A stretch of DNA of 64,000 nucleotides, taken from the NCBI GenBank assembly GCA_951406725.2, contig OX597826.1, forward strand, positions 22,754,001 to 22,818,000, in the 5' to 3' direction. Of the stretch, positions 51,594 to 64,000 are shown piece by piece. The position numbers were made by a program, and so were the translations under genes. The stretch is from Octopus vulgaris (Eukaryota). The notes under the pieces were generated by a model that saw only the letters and a list, made by a program, of their open reading frames with translations, was not told the origin of the DNA and did not search any database. How positions within the stretch are numbered: position 1 is the stretch's first letter; each line of letters begins with the position of its first letter.

Positions 51594-51803
51594 TTACTCT
51601 TTTATTTGTTTCAGTCATTTGACTGTGGCCATGCTGGAGTACCGCCTATAGTCGAGCAAATCGACCCCAGGACTTATTCTTTGGAAGCCTAGTACTTATT
51701 CTATCGGTGTCTTTTGCCGAACCTCTAAGTTACGGCGACGTAAACACACCAGCATGTTGTCAAGCGATGTTGGGAGGACAAACACAGACACACAAACATA
51801 TAT

Positions 51804-51851
<48 letters not shown>

Positions 51852-52012
51852 GACGGGCTTCTTTCAGTTTCCGTTTACCAAATCCACTCACAAGGCTATG
51901 GTCGACCCGAGGCTATAGTAGAAGACACTTGCCCAAGGTGCCACGCAGTAGGACTGAACCCGGAACCATGTGGTTGGTAAACAAGCTACTTATCACACAG
52001 CCACTCCTGCGA
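51594..52012 (-). mobile_element. SINE (type 1), full length
   Basis: Reverse complement of 50855-51236 with a longer internal (TA)n. Confidence 0.92.
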
Positions 52013-52868
52013 ACACGTTTAATAACAGGCGCACAAACGGAAAGAATCCTATGCACATACTTTCTTTGCAAAGAAAGACGAAATTTAAACAGAAAAATTT
52101 CTGCGTACACCAACAGCAAAATAAAACGGTGGAGGGGGTGGGGAATAGAAGGAACACTGCTGGTTGATCACCAGCAGTAAAACTATATGTACCCGTAAAG
52201 GAGTTGATGTGATGAAATGGGGGTAGCTGAAACCAAAACCTACAGTCACACTGAAATAGGGTATGTTAAATTACATCCAGAGAGAGGGAGAGAGAAAGGA
52301 TGTGTGTTGTGGAAGAGGGAATAAGTGACCTGCGCTACGATCACTAAATAGATCAGGATATGTGTGTGCGTGTGCGTGCACACGCGCGCACAGACACACA
52401 CACACACACACACAAAACTATTCATACACAAACACTCACCTATTGTCCATAGTGATGGTAACGCACCTCACCTAGTCTCCGCAATGGACACCAAGTTTCA
52501 CCTCTGGGTGGCATAGAGTCTTTCAGGCAAGTTAAGACCCTGTGCATTCGCAGGTGAAACTCGAAGTAGCAAGAGACTGACTGACTCGACCAAAATTAAA
52601 TATTACTTACTCTCCACTGTGGTATTGAGTACTTGGTGTGTGTGTGTGAGTGTATCCAAGCACATGATGTATAAAGGGCCTCGAAAACAACGTGTGCATT
52701 TAAACAGTTTGTGTCATCCCACAGTATCTATTTACGTTGAGAACGTCCTTGAGAAGTACACGCATGAACATCACAACACCATACAATCTCATTTCGCATT
52801 CCATAAGCTTTGTACTTATTTGTAATACGACGTGAATCCATAACTAGTTAGAAAACAGAGATAGATTG

Positions 52869-52917
<49 letters not shown>

Positions 52918-53380
52918 TGAGTTTTCGTCAGAAGTCTTGCCAAATTGTTTGCCTCAGCTCTCTCTTTCATACACACATACACACAGAATTTTACTGCTAG
53001 GAGACTTCTGGTTGACAAAAGCATTGGAAATTAGTTCAGGCACCTCAGTCTCTAATTGTACAAAGGAATGGATAAAACGACAATAAGAAAATTTACAAAA
53101 AGCAGCAGGGAAGGTTTTGAATGAGGTAGTAATAGAGGGGAAAGAAGAGGTGCCGGCGAAATAAATGCAGTATCCCGCGGGAGAACAAGAAGAAAAAAAA
53201 AAGGTTGTTATTGAGGGAAGACAGCTAAGACATATCACATTGACCGACCCAAGACCATTACTTACTACTCACCTTAATTTCAAAACTATTTTTGTTAATT
53301 GAATACAAGTTTTATTCGCGTTTTCGGCAGTATTTTTTCCATATAAGGAACACACACACGTGTATGTATGTATGTGTGTG

Positions 53381-53439
<59 letters not shown>

Positions 53440-53599
53440 TTTTCTTTTTAAAGTTGATAATAAACAAAAGAAACAAGAGGGAAGCAAATCACCAAGATAT
53501 ACAAATGCCGTTATACTAGACAAATAGACATATCTACAGATTGGTGCCCCACTCTCGAATTTATTTCTTCCGAACTCCCCGAGTAATCTTTTTCATCTT

Positions 53600-53900
53600 T
53601 TCACTTGTTTAGGCATTAGACTTTAAGCCTGATACTCCATCGTTCTATTTTACCGAACCGCTAAGTTACGGGAACGTAAACATACCAACACCGGTTGTCA
53701 AGTGGTGATGGGAGACAAAGACACTATATATGCACACACACACACAACAGGCTTCTTTCAGTTTCCGCCTTCCAAATTCACTCACAAGGCTTCGGTGGGA
53801 CCGAGGCTAAAGAAGACACTTGCCAAAGATCCCACGCAGTAGGACTAAACTCAGAATCATGTGGTTAGGAAGCAAGCTTCTTTCCATACAGCCACGCCTA
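53600..53900 (-). mobile_element. Degenerate SINE (type 1)
   Basis: CCGAACCGCTAAGTTACGGG...GGCTTCTTTCAGTTTCCG...AGAAGACACTTGCC. Confidence 0.8.
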
Positions 53901-53964
53901 AAATCAAATTCTTGTTTTGAAAGGAGTTTCCGATCATTTTCCACTCACTGATCACAAGTTTACC

Positions 53965-54320
53965 ATAACTACAGTTTAGCACCCCGATTTTGTTCCTTCA
54001 TAACTTCATTCAAAATGCATATTTTTAAATAATATTTTGCAAGAATATGAATTCGTGAGAGTTGATTACGTAACGTTGGCTCCTTAGATATATAAATCTG
54101 AAAACAAGTAAAAAAAAAATACTAGCTACAGAAATTGATATTAACGAAACCGGTCTGGGTGAGGAGGTTTCGAATCTACTTCGAAACATTGTCTTCCCAT
54201 ATTTTTTATCAGCATAATTGTAACTCACACTATCGAAAACGTATTTCTGCAAAGTTTCATTTTCAAAATTTTCAGAAAGTTATGAAGAAACAAATTTGAG
54301 GGGCCCTAAACTGTAGTTAT
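53965..54320. mobile_element. MITE/foldback element with ~43-bp imperfect TIRs
   Basis: ATAACTACAGTTTAGCACCCCGATTTTGTTCCTTCATAACTT vs AAGTTATGAAGAAACAAATTTGAGGGGCCCTAAACTGTAGTTAT. Confidence 0.7.
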
Positions 54321-56873
54321 ACAAAAAAAAAAAACAATACCCTCATGAAAGAATAAAAGAATTGACATTTTTTTTTATTATTAAACATCCGATTATGAGT
54401 TCTTTGTTCATGGCTTCGCTTCCCCATTGAATGGTCATGTCATTTGAGATACCAATAAGCGTTCAAAAACCATTCTTTACATTAACTTAGTATTCATCTA
54501 ACCTCTCGCTCCCCGCGCTTGGGTATGGAGGAGGCCAACAATTAATAGGGAACAGGAGACTCCCGGTTACGATTATTTCGTCTCCTTTGCGCTGCTAATG
54601 GCCTGAACAATGGCTTGAACTTCCACAATTTCATTCTCTCTTTAGAGTTTGTAGCAGAGAAATCGTAGGAGCGGGGTGGTGGTTTTTTTACTGAATTTAT
54701 TATTATTTTTGGGTGGGGGAGGTGGGTGTTAATAATTTAAATAATTACTCCCCAGTATGGACACAACTGGCGGGTTGAAATAACTGACTTTGTAAAGCCA
54801 TGTACAGGATGGTATAGCTTGGCCTGTTAGAGATAGTAGTCAAATCTCCCTCAAATCATCACCCTGCCACTTTAAATGACACACTGGATAATTTGAATCC
54901 TTACATAACCCCAAACCATGGAAAAGATGGTAGTTTGGGGTAGCCGGAAACAACCTTCTATTCTATCAGGGCTTGCCCGAGGCGAAACAACGATTTGATT
55001 TAGGAGATAACGAGGGAACCTCCACGTGGTCATGAGACATGCTAGAAATAGCAGCCATACAATCACTTCAAATTAAACATTTTTTCTTTTATTCTTTTTA
55101 AAAGAGAAAGGAAGCTAGTTAGTGTGGAATGAGATACACAAGGCAAAAAAAAAAAAAAAAGACATGATAATAACAGTTATCATGTTTAATTGTGGTTTAG
55201 CACCATCAACTCCGTTAGAGCAGACCTATGATCAAAAACATTCTAGCCGTGACCGTCTTGTCTTTTTGACAGAATTATAGGAGACTAAGGACCATTTATC
55301 AAATGGTGTCCTTTTCTTATCTGAGACAATATAGTATGACACTTGCCTGCTAGATGGTTTGGTGTTAAAACAACTGCGAAAACAATATTAGTGCGTGTGT
55401 AAGAAAGTGAAGTTAAGCACAATTAACTAGTCTGATAATAATAAATAATAAGGTGAGGATGTGAAAGCTGTCGATGCTAAAAGGAACATCGATAAAGCCG
55501 GCCTCGGAAAGAATATTCTCACATACACACATATAAACATATACACAAATAAATACACAAATATGTGCACGCGCGTACACACATGTATATACATTAATTA
55601 TAATAATGCGTTAAGAAAATATTTTTAAAAAGCATTAATATAAAAAAATATACTTATAAATCAGCTTACATAAATGAAGAGACGTTGATGGAGAGAAGAA
55701 AAAAAATCACAGAACATCCAACAGGTAGTAACAGAGAGAGAAAGAAAGAGAGAAGTTTGATGGGAAAAAATTCTTTAAAATGTCAGGCAGCAACAATCAG
55801 ATGACGAATAAAGAGTGTTTAAATTCATACTTTAAAAACATTACTCACCCCTGTGTAGAATTTACATCTCAAATAAAGCCGTCCATAACGATAAGATGTG
55901 ACCAACATATAAAAAAGCTTAGCCAGGGTTCACGGGTAGACAGACACCTTGCGAAACGAATATTCCTTTCTTTTCCTTTTTTTTAATTAATTCATTTGAT
56001 ACGTTTAAATTCTTTTGGTAAGTTTACTTTATATAAACATATTAAGAATTCCGTTTAATGTCTCTCAATGATGTATACAGGGTATATATATTTATGTGGC
56101 TTTAACTAAACTTCATTTAAAAAGCCTGCCGATTAGTGCGCACGCCTTCCATTCTGTACGGATAGCAACTCGATCCCTTCGAACTGGAAGCAGTCGTATG
56201 CATATTTATTTCGTGACGGTCTTCTTTCTATCCTTTAAAATCGGACCGCCTAAAAATAAATAAATACAATAAAACTGTTAGAAGAAACTAGACAGGTGGT
56301 TAAGCATGCTTACGAACTTTGAACATAGTGTCAAATGAATGAATAAAAACATGACCGAGTAAAAAAAAAAAAAAAGAAAGAAAAACGAAAGAGAGTGAGA
56401 GAGAAATTTGAAGTCCCTTCTTGCTAAAACTATATGATAATATTAGTAGTAGTAGTAAGCAATATTCCAAAACAGTAGACAATTCAATTAAGTGATTGAA
56501 TAATAAATGGACGAGTCTTCACCAAATACATAAAAATTAAGAGTTATGTGAGGGGGTGGCAGTTAAACAGGATTATAGTTTGGAAAAGTGATGTACTTAA
56601 TGGATATATATCCCTAATACAGCTCTCATATTGCGCTATGTTTATGAGATTTTTACCTTTTGCCAGTTGTTGTTTGTTTATTTAGCTTTCCGGCTTGGGG
56701 AATATAGTGGTTGCCAGTTGTAGACCACATGCATTTAGCGGCAGACACGTGCAGGCAACAACGCTTAATTCTGATAGTGCTGCTAATAATTCCACAACCT
56801 CTCCGTCTTTCTCTCTCTCTCCTTCTTTCTTTCCTTTCCGTTTCTATCTCTGGTTCCGATAGATTTTCAACAT

Positions 56874-56960
56874 CTACAGCTCACTTCCTTTCTTCCGAGA
56901 CGAACAATTTAGGTAGTGGAGTGATGAGTGCATGTTTTCCAAGTGGTTCTTTTGACTAGA
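56874..56960 (-). CDS. Candidate second exon of gene B
   Basis: Acceptor TTTTTATAACTCCGCAG; the phase-0 join gives SSQKNHLENMHSSLHYLNCSSRKKG(SEL*); possible internal donor A|GTGAGC at 56884. Confidence 0.3.
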   Translation of the reverse strand, partial: SSQKNHLENMHSSLHYLNCSSRKKGSEL

Positions 56961-57190
56961 CTGCGGAGTTATAAAAATAATATTCGTTCGAAAGAATAAA
57001 ACTACGCGATATATTATAGAATTCTTTGTTTGAAAACCAAATTCGATTTGACAAAAAAAAAAAAAAGTCCATAAACTACTCCGAATAAATATAAAAGATT
57101 CAACATGACATACATGCATGCATGCATACACACACACACATATATATTATGGTAATACACAAAGTGTAATATTCCTGGGAATTTACTCAC

Positions 57191-57292
57191 AAGCGCAATT
57201 CTGCGAGATGAAACCGCGCGCGGCAAACAACAAACTGTTTCGAATATAAACACATCAAACAAGACAACCACAATTAAAGGAATTTTAGTCAT
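57191..57292 (-). CDS. Candidate first coding exon of a small secreted peptide gene (gene B)
   Basis: MTKIPLIVVVLFDVFIFETVCCLPRAVSSRRIAL is signal-peptide-like and is followed by the consensus donor GTGAGT; unique sequence context. Confidence 0.4.
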
Positions 57293-58106
57293 TTGTTGTT
57301 ATTAGCTTTCTAAATCTGTTAATCCAATATATCATCGGCATTTCTGCTTAACAAATGAATGATTGTCCTCGAACATTCCGGAATAGCAAGCCACTAGTTT
57401 TACAGAAACAGAAGATAAATAAATAAACAAACTTGTATATTAATACATATTTTTGGTTTGTCCACGTTTCTTTAGTCCTTTTTTTTTCCGGCAGAATAAT
57501 CATAAATTTATTTTTAAAGACAAGCAACTTGATCTACGCCTTATGACAAATTAAGAATATTTATATTTATACGCACCGAATTACGAATAATTTATAAATA
57601 CCGTGATATATTAATATATTTGTGTTTGATATATTAATTTTATATATTTAGACTTATGCTTGGTTCTTAGTAATATATATTTTGCTGCATTTGTTAATGC
57701 GGTGTGAAATAAAACATAACATAACATGTTTTTCTTAGGAATTCAATATTTCCTCCTGCCTTCGTAGAGTTAAGGAAACCTTTATCATGTATTTGAGTTG
57801 CTATAACATATCACAATACTCTGTATGCATGTTGTTTGACCCCCAGGTTGGCACTGATCAAAAGCATTAGAGTCATGACCATCTTGTCTTATGTTCAGCG
57901 TTAGTATAACCCAGGGTACATTATCCGAAATTTTCCCATCCATACACCTTGCGGGGAATTATTTGAATAATGAATTATTTTAATTACGTTATTTTTACTT
58001 TTTACATGCGTTAATGAAACCCCACACTGTTTTGTTCTGTGCCGTCCCCAGCGTTTTCTGCGAACCCTTAGTGGTTAATAAAGAAATTATTATTATTATT
58101 ATTATT

Positions 58107-59345
58107 AAGGTGGCGAGCAGACAGAATCATTAGCACACTGGGCGAAATGCTTAGCAGTATTTCGCCTGTCGTTACGTTCTGAGTTCAAATGTCGCCGAGG
58201 TCGACGAAATAAATACCAGTTACGCACTGGGGTCAATGTAATCAATTTAATCCCTTCCCCCAAATTTGAGGCCTTGTGCTTCCAGTAGAAAGGATTATTA
58301 TTGCTGTTGTTGTTGTTGCTATTATTATTATTAAGACGGTAAGCTGGCAGAATCGTTAACATGTTGGACGAAATACTTAGCGGTATTTCGCCCGTCGCCA
58401 CGTTTTGAGTTCAAATTACGCTGAGATCGACTTTGCCTTTCATCCTTTCGGGGTCGACGAAATAAGTACCAGTTAAGCACAGGGGATCGATGTAATCGAT
58501 TACCCCACCCCCACCGAAAAAATTTCAGGTCTTGTGCCAATAATAGAAAAGAAGAATATTATTATTATTATTAAGGCGACAAGCTGGCAAAATCGTTAGC
58601 ATGCTGGAAGAAATACTTAGCAGTATTTCGCCCGACGTCACGTTTTGAGTTCAAATTTCGCTGAGGTCGACTTTGTCTTTCATCTTTTTGGGGTCGATAA
58701 ATTAAGTACCAGTGAAACACTGGGGTCGATGTAATCGACTAGTCCGCTCCCAACCAAACTTCAGACCTTGTGCCTTCAGTAGAAAGGATTATTATTATTA
58801 AAGCGGCGAGCTGGCAGAGTCGTTATCACGCCGGGGCAAAATGCTTCGCGGCGTTTCGCCCGTCTTTAAGTTCTGAGTTGAAATTTCGCCGAGGTCGACT
58901 TTGCCTTTCATCCTTTCGGGACCGATAAATTAAGTACCAGTTGAGCACTGGGATCGATGTAATCGACTTCGCCCCTCCCCGGGAAATTGCTAGCGTTGTG
59001 CCTCGCACACACATTCAATGTTTTGTCCCATACTGTCCATAATATTTTTCTTGAAATAAGTACTAGTCAAGCACTAGGGTCGTTATCCCCCTCCCGATAA
59101 ATTTCAGGCCTTGTGCCTATAGTAGAAAGGAATGTTCTTATCATCATTAAGGCGGCGAACTGGTAGAATCCTTACTACATCTCACAAAATGTTTAGCAGC
59201 ATTTCTTCTGGTTTTACATTTCGAGTTCAGATGCCGCCGATGTCGACTTTCATCCTTTCGAGATCAATGAAATATTAGTTGAGCACTAGGATCGATCTAA
59301 GATTTAACCCTTCCTCTAAAATTGTTGGCCTTGGGACAAAATTTG
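58107..59345 (+). mobile_element. Head-to-tail cluster of about five SINE (type 2) copies, mostly separated by (ATT)n
   Basis: Starts at ~58107, 58333, 58573, 58801 and 59149, plus a 3' fragment at ~59055-59130. Confidence 0.9.
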
Positions 59346-60419
59346 AAGCCATTATTTATAAAGACGGTAGGATGTAGTTTCAGGGAGATGTGGTTGCCAT
59401 TTCTAGCGTGAAGAACGACCCATTGTTAGTTCGGGTTTTGCGGCATTCGTAGAAATCGTAGTAAATTCCACAAGATGGGAAAGGCAGTAGAGCGAGGAGA
59501 AACAGCAGAGAAGCAGGCTAAATACCTTTAAATATTTAATCTATTTTTCCATGTTATGAGAAGCACCGTCTTCCGGTCGAGGTTTATAACAAAATTCCAG
59601 CTAGTATCAAACGAATATATATATATATATGAAAGATTGTCAAATTTATTTCAAGGGCCGTTTGTAACCGGTTATGATTTCCGCTTGTAAGCCATTTCCT
59701 TTCACTTGCGCAGCTAATGCTCTTGAGAAAAACAAAAGAGACCAAAATAAACCCGTATCAGCATGACTCAATGCGTTTTATCTAATCTACGACAATCTTT
59801 AACACAGACACGTTAATCACTTCCTAACAATATATCGACACACAGCAAGTAGAAGCATGTTTTTAACTCCTTACAAGCATATCAAAGCATACAACAGAAC
59901 ACACATTCTTTTGTTTATATTCTTCATCCCATTCATGCCGATGCAGCAAGCACTGCTGTCCATCAACCAACTCTAGTGAACTATCTATCCCTCGTCTGAC
60001 TAAATTAAACGCGACTGCAGTATTAGCAACGATAAACTCTAGTATATAAACAGTTGAGAGGGGTTTTTTTTTCATCAACCGAGAAGAAATTAAATTTACG
60101 ACACTTATAAACACAAATGGGGAAGCATTAATTAAGACAATATATTTTTTGTTAAGTTCGAAGAGAAAATTTACTAAACGAGGCTTACAGATTAATCCAG
60201 AAAAGAAATTATTCCTTTTGCAGACGACCACTGGCGATGTGTTGTCCTCCCATACTCTCGCTCGTTCAATCCAGCCTTAGCTGTATGGCAAGCTAGCGAC
60301 GATACCATATAAATATAGCAACGATAGGTTCGTGTGCCAGCAGTGATGAGTTCGAGTCCTCTGAGAAGCTTGGAAAAGGAATGTAAACAGAAGACTGTTG
60401 TAAATATTTGGGTCTAAGA

Positions 60420-60705
60420 CATAGGTTCTCAAAGTGGGTGCTACCGCCCCCCCCCCACCGATGGGCGTTGAGATGATCCAGGTGGGCGCTGGTGGCTAAG
60501 GAGAGGGGGCGGTAGAGAAAAAGGAGGCGTTGGGAGGGAGGCAGTGGATTGACGGACGCTATGAATTTATTATATTATTATAGTATTGTATACAAATTAT
60601 ATAATATATTAAATATCAAATGATTCATAATATATATAAATTAGTAAAATATAAAATATTTATTTATACATAAAAAATATGGCCCAAAAAGTTTGAGAAC
60701 CTCTG
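60420..60705. mobile_element. hAT (Charlie/Buster-type) MITE, 286 bp
   Basis: TIRs CATAGGTTCTCAAA / TTTGAGAACCTCTG; 8-bp TSD GTCTAAGA / GGCTAAGA with central TA. Confidence 0.8.
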
Positions 60706-61079
60706 GGCTAAGACATACAAAAGTAGGGTTAATTTTACTGTGTCAGATCGTATGATTTGGTTCCGGTTGTGAGGTTGTGTGTAACTTCCAGTAAAAAAAA
60801 AAGAATAAAACAAAATAAAACACGTACCATTGTAAAACTCATCACTTAACGATATTCATATCGCCAGGCGAAGGACTAGTAGCCCCTGTGGTGAATGCAA
60901 ACAGCTGCAACCTCGGTTGGAGAGAGGTGAATGAACCCAGTTGGAGTAACCCTGGCCTGAAGAAATACGCCGAGTAAAATTCCTTATACGAATTTTCAAC
61001 AACCGATATTTCACGATCTATATTTAATTGTATTATTAGAACAATAGTATTTTGTTTTTTCCTTTCTCATTTCACATAC

Positions 61080-61217
61080 TACCGAGGTCGACTTGGCCTT
61101 TCATCCTCTTGGATTCGATGAAATAAGCACCAGCTGAGCAGTATGGTCGATGTAATTGACTATCTCCTTCACCAACATAAAAAATTTCAGGTCCTGTGCC
61201 TATTGTAGAAAGGATTA
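61080..61217 (+). mobile_element. SINE (type 2) 3' half
   Basis: CCGAGGTCGACTTGGCCTTTCATCC...TGTGCCTATTGTAGAAAGGATTAT. Confidence 0.8.
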
Positions 61218-61231
61218 TGAGAACAATAGTT

Positions 61232-63188
61232 CCTACTATGATAGGAATTGTTTCTGTTTTTAGATTCCACATTCTGGTTACATCTATTTCCAGGTCTTTG
61301 TATTTTGAAAGTTTCTCCATTTCTTTTAGAGACACGTTGTCATCTGCCGGTATTGATACATCAATTTAGAAAACATTTTTTTTCTTCATGATCTCTGACA
61401 ACTATATCTGGTCTGTTGGCCTTAATTTCTCTATCTGTGTGTATCGGCATATCCCAGAGTGTGGTTGCTTTCTCGTTTTCTGTGACCTTTTCTGCCTATA
61501 CCATCTTTTTTCTGTTGTTATTCCATAATGTTGGCATAGCTTCCAGTGTATGTAGGTTCCAACTCTGTCATGTCTGTGAATATATTCCTTCTTAGCCAGG
61601 ACTGGACAGCCAGAGATAATATGATTTATTGTTTCTTGTCCATCTCCACACATTCTGCAGTTACTTGTTATATTTCTTTTCATTACATGTTTTTGGTAAT
61701 TTCTGGTGGGGAGGCTTTGGTCTTGTGCTGCAATTAAAAATCCCTCTGTCTCTGCTTTGAGTCCTGAGCTTCTCAACCATTGCTGGGATTTTTCTTTGTC
61801 TATTTCTTTTGCGTTTAGTTTAGTCCAGTATTTACCATGAAGGGGCTTTTCTTGCCATCGTTTTATCATGGTTCGTCGCTGTTCTATTTTTAGTTTGGAT
61901 TTCATTTGTTTTATAGCTTTTGTTGTTTCTTCTTCTTCTTCTTCATATTTATTAGGTGGTATGATTTCTTGTTTGTATTTGTCAGCTTCCTTAAATACTG
62001 AGAACAGTTTTTTGTTTTGCTCGTGTTTTGCCGCTATTTGTATCAGTTTTCCTTCCTTCTGAAGTAGATATTTTTGCAGTCCTATGGTGGTTATTTTATA
62101 GTAGTTTTCCAGCTGTATAAGGCCTCTACCACCTTCTATACGCTGTATATATAGTCTTTCTATGTCAGATTTTGTGTGATGCATCCTAGATCCTGTCATT
62201 ATTTTTCTTGTTTTCCTATCTATTTTGGTCAGTTCATTTAGTGTCCAGTTAAGGATATTGTAGCTGTAACTTATAACTTGGACAGCTAAAGTGTTAATAC
62301 CTATTATCTTGTTTTTAGTATTGATCTAACTCGTCTATAATATTCTTCTTTTATTTTCTCTTTCATTTGTGTGTGTTGTGTCTTATCTAGTTCATGGATT
62401 CCTAAGTATTTATAAGTTTGGCTTTGGTCTAATTCTTTTATTTCATTGGCTTTATCTAGTGTGATGTTGCTACTCTTAACTAGTTTTCCTATTTTCATGG
62501 TTACTTTGGCGCATTTTTCTAATCCAAATTTCATATCTATTTCTTTGGTAAATCCATGAACTGTCTTTAATAGTGTTTCCAGCTGTTTGTCATTTGCAGC
62601 ATATAGTTTTAGGTCATCCATATATAAAAGGTGGCTGATCATTTTGCCGTAACATTTATATCCGCATCCAGTTCTGTTTAGCATATCAGATAGTGGTGAC
62701 AGTGCCAAGCAGAAAAGGAGTGGAGAGAGCGTGTCTCCCTGGAATATTCCTCTTCTAATGGGGATGGTTTTGGTTTTCATGAGTCTCCCTTTTGTTTGGA
62801 GCTGTAGCACTGTTTGCCATTTATTCATAGAGTGCCCTATGAATTTTATAATTGTTGGTGCTACTTAGTTAATGGCTAGTGTTTCGAGGATCCATGTGTG
62901 GGGGATGCTATCAAACGCCTTTTTGTAGTTCTTTCTGTGGCTGTCTTCAATTATGGCTTTATTAATCATTAGTTGATCTTTACAGCCATATGAGCCTTTG
63001 CGGCATCCTTTCTGCTCTTCTGGAAACAGGTTGTTTTCGTCCAGGTGCTTGTTCAACCTTTGCGATATCACTGCAGTAAATGCCATGTACATTGTAGGGG
63101 AACAGGTTATTGGTCTGTAGTTTTCTGGTTTTGCTGTCTCATTTGATTTGGGAATTAAGATGGTTTTCCCCTTCGTGAGCCATTCAGG

Positions 63189-63190
<2 letters not shown>
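61232..63190 (-). mobile_element. R4/Dong-clade LINE fragment (RT + CCHC + restriction-like endonuclease), frameshifted, truncated at both ends
   Basis: NYRPITC, EQKGC, KAFDSIPH, GIFQGDTLSPLLF, HLLYMDDLKLY, YKYLG, GGRGL, CRMCGDGQETINHIISGC, RHD, RPDIV, EKLSKYKDL; 5' end abuts (TAA)n. Confidence 0.92.
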
Positions 63191-63219
<29 letters not shown>

Positions 63220-63552
63220 GAAGGCGAATGGCTCAGTGGTTAGAGCGTAGAGCTTACGACCGCGAGGTTGTGAGTTCGAATCCCGGACTGGGCTGCATGT
63301 TGTGCTCTTGAGCAAGACACTTTTTTTTCACGTTGCTCCAGTTCACTCGGCTGTAGAAATGAGTTGCGACATCACTGGTGCCAAGCTGTATCGGTCTTTG
63401 CCTTTCCCTTTGGATGACACTGATGGCGTGGAGAGGGGAGGCTGGTATGCATGGGCGACTGCTGGTCTTCCATAAACAACCTTACCCGGACTTGTGCCTG
63501 GGTGGGTAAATTTCTAGGTGCAATCCCATGGTCAGTCATGACCGAAGGGGTT

Positions 63553-63556
<4 letters not shown>
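63220..63556 (+). mobile_element. SINE (type 3, tRNA-derived) between (ATT)n tracts
   Basis: A box TGGCTCAGTGG, B box GAGTTCGAATCCC, CTTGAGCAAGACACTT block. Confidence 0.85.
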
Positions 63557-63590
<34 letters not shown>

Positions 63591-63610
63591 CATTTATTAT
63601 TATTATTATT

Positions 63611-63925
63611 AAGGTGGCGGGCTGGCACAATCGTTAGTGCGTTGGACAAAGTGTTTGGCGGCATTCCGTCTATCTTTACATTCTGAGTTCAAATTTCGCC
63701 GAGGTCGACTTTCCTTTTCATCCTTTCGGAGTTGACGGAGCTGCGCATTGGGATCGGTGTAATCCACTTAGCCCCACCACACAAAATTTCAGGCCTTGTG
63801 CCTCGAGTAGAAAGGATAATTCTTCTGGTTCTTTATGATCTGAATTCAAATCCCGCCGAGGCCAAGTTTAGCTTTCATCCCTCCGAGTTCGATAAAATGC
63901 CAAATGTAATCGAATAACCCCACTG
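63611..63925 (+). mobile_element. SINE (type 2) copy plus a partial second copy
   Basis: AAGGTGGCGGGCTGGCACAATCGTTAG...GAGTTCAAATTTCGCCGAGGTCGAC... Confidence 0.8.
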
Positions 63926-64000
63926 TCTCTCAGCCCAAATCAGAAAACCTTTATTAAGAATAAAAGGTGAATCATTAGAGCGTCATATTAAATACGTTGC

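Noticed and set aside
58107-59345. CRISPR array or tRNA gene cluster
   Set aside because: The units are ~220-bp diverged SINEs with A/B boxes but no complete cloverleaf.
59863-60231. 122-aa minus-strand ORF as a host exon
   Set aside because: No domain motif and no convincing splice-site pair.
61038-61230. 11-bp direct repeat AGAACAATAGT as a TSD around the SINE fragment
   Set aside because: The left copy lies ~30 bp from the recognisable SINE boundary and the sequence is AT-rich; cannot be distinguished from chance.
63222-63292. tRNA gene
   Set aside because: Good A and B boxes, but it continues into a SINE body and has no proper acceptor stem; treated as a SINE head.

Overview
Eukaryotic, very AT- and microsatellite-rich DNA. 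The SINE families and repeat landscape look like a cephalopod (Octopus-like) assembly; this is inferred from repeat content only. There are no prokaryotic genes or CRISPR arrays, and most long ORFs in the track are translations of (TA)n/(CA)n/(TG)n. Recognisable content: degenerate hAT (Buster/SPIN-like) and mariner transposases, MITEs, several non-LTR retrotransposon clades (CR1/Zenon-like, RTE, Tx1, R4/Dong), three tRNA-derived SINE types, a satellite built around degenerate (CCCTAA)n, and a 100-N gap. Strongest observations: (1) a LINE/SINE partnership shown by a shared 3' tail with a covarying stem-loop; (2) that LINE has a Myb/SANT-like + CCCH ORF1 and a tandem-repeat 5'UTR, and most copies abut (TA)n; (3) a Penelope-like module with inverted plus direct repeats and an intact type I hammerhead ribozyme core; (4) a ~3.8-kb near-perfect palindrome whose outer ends carry hammerhead-like motifs; (5) two candidate small spliced genes encoding signal-peptide-bearing peptides. 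Parts of 28.7-34.8 kb look corrupted by assembly or polishing.
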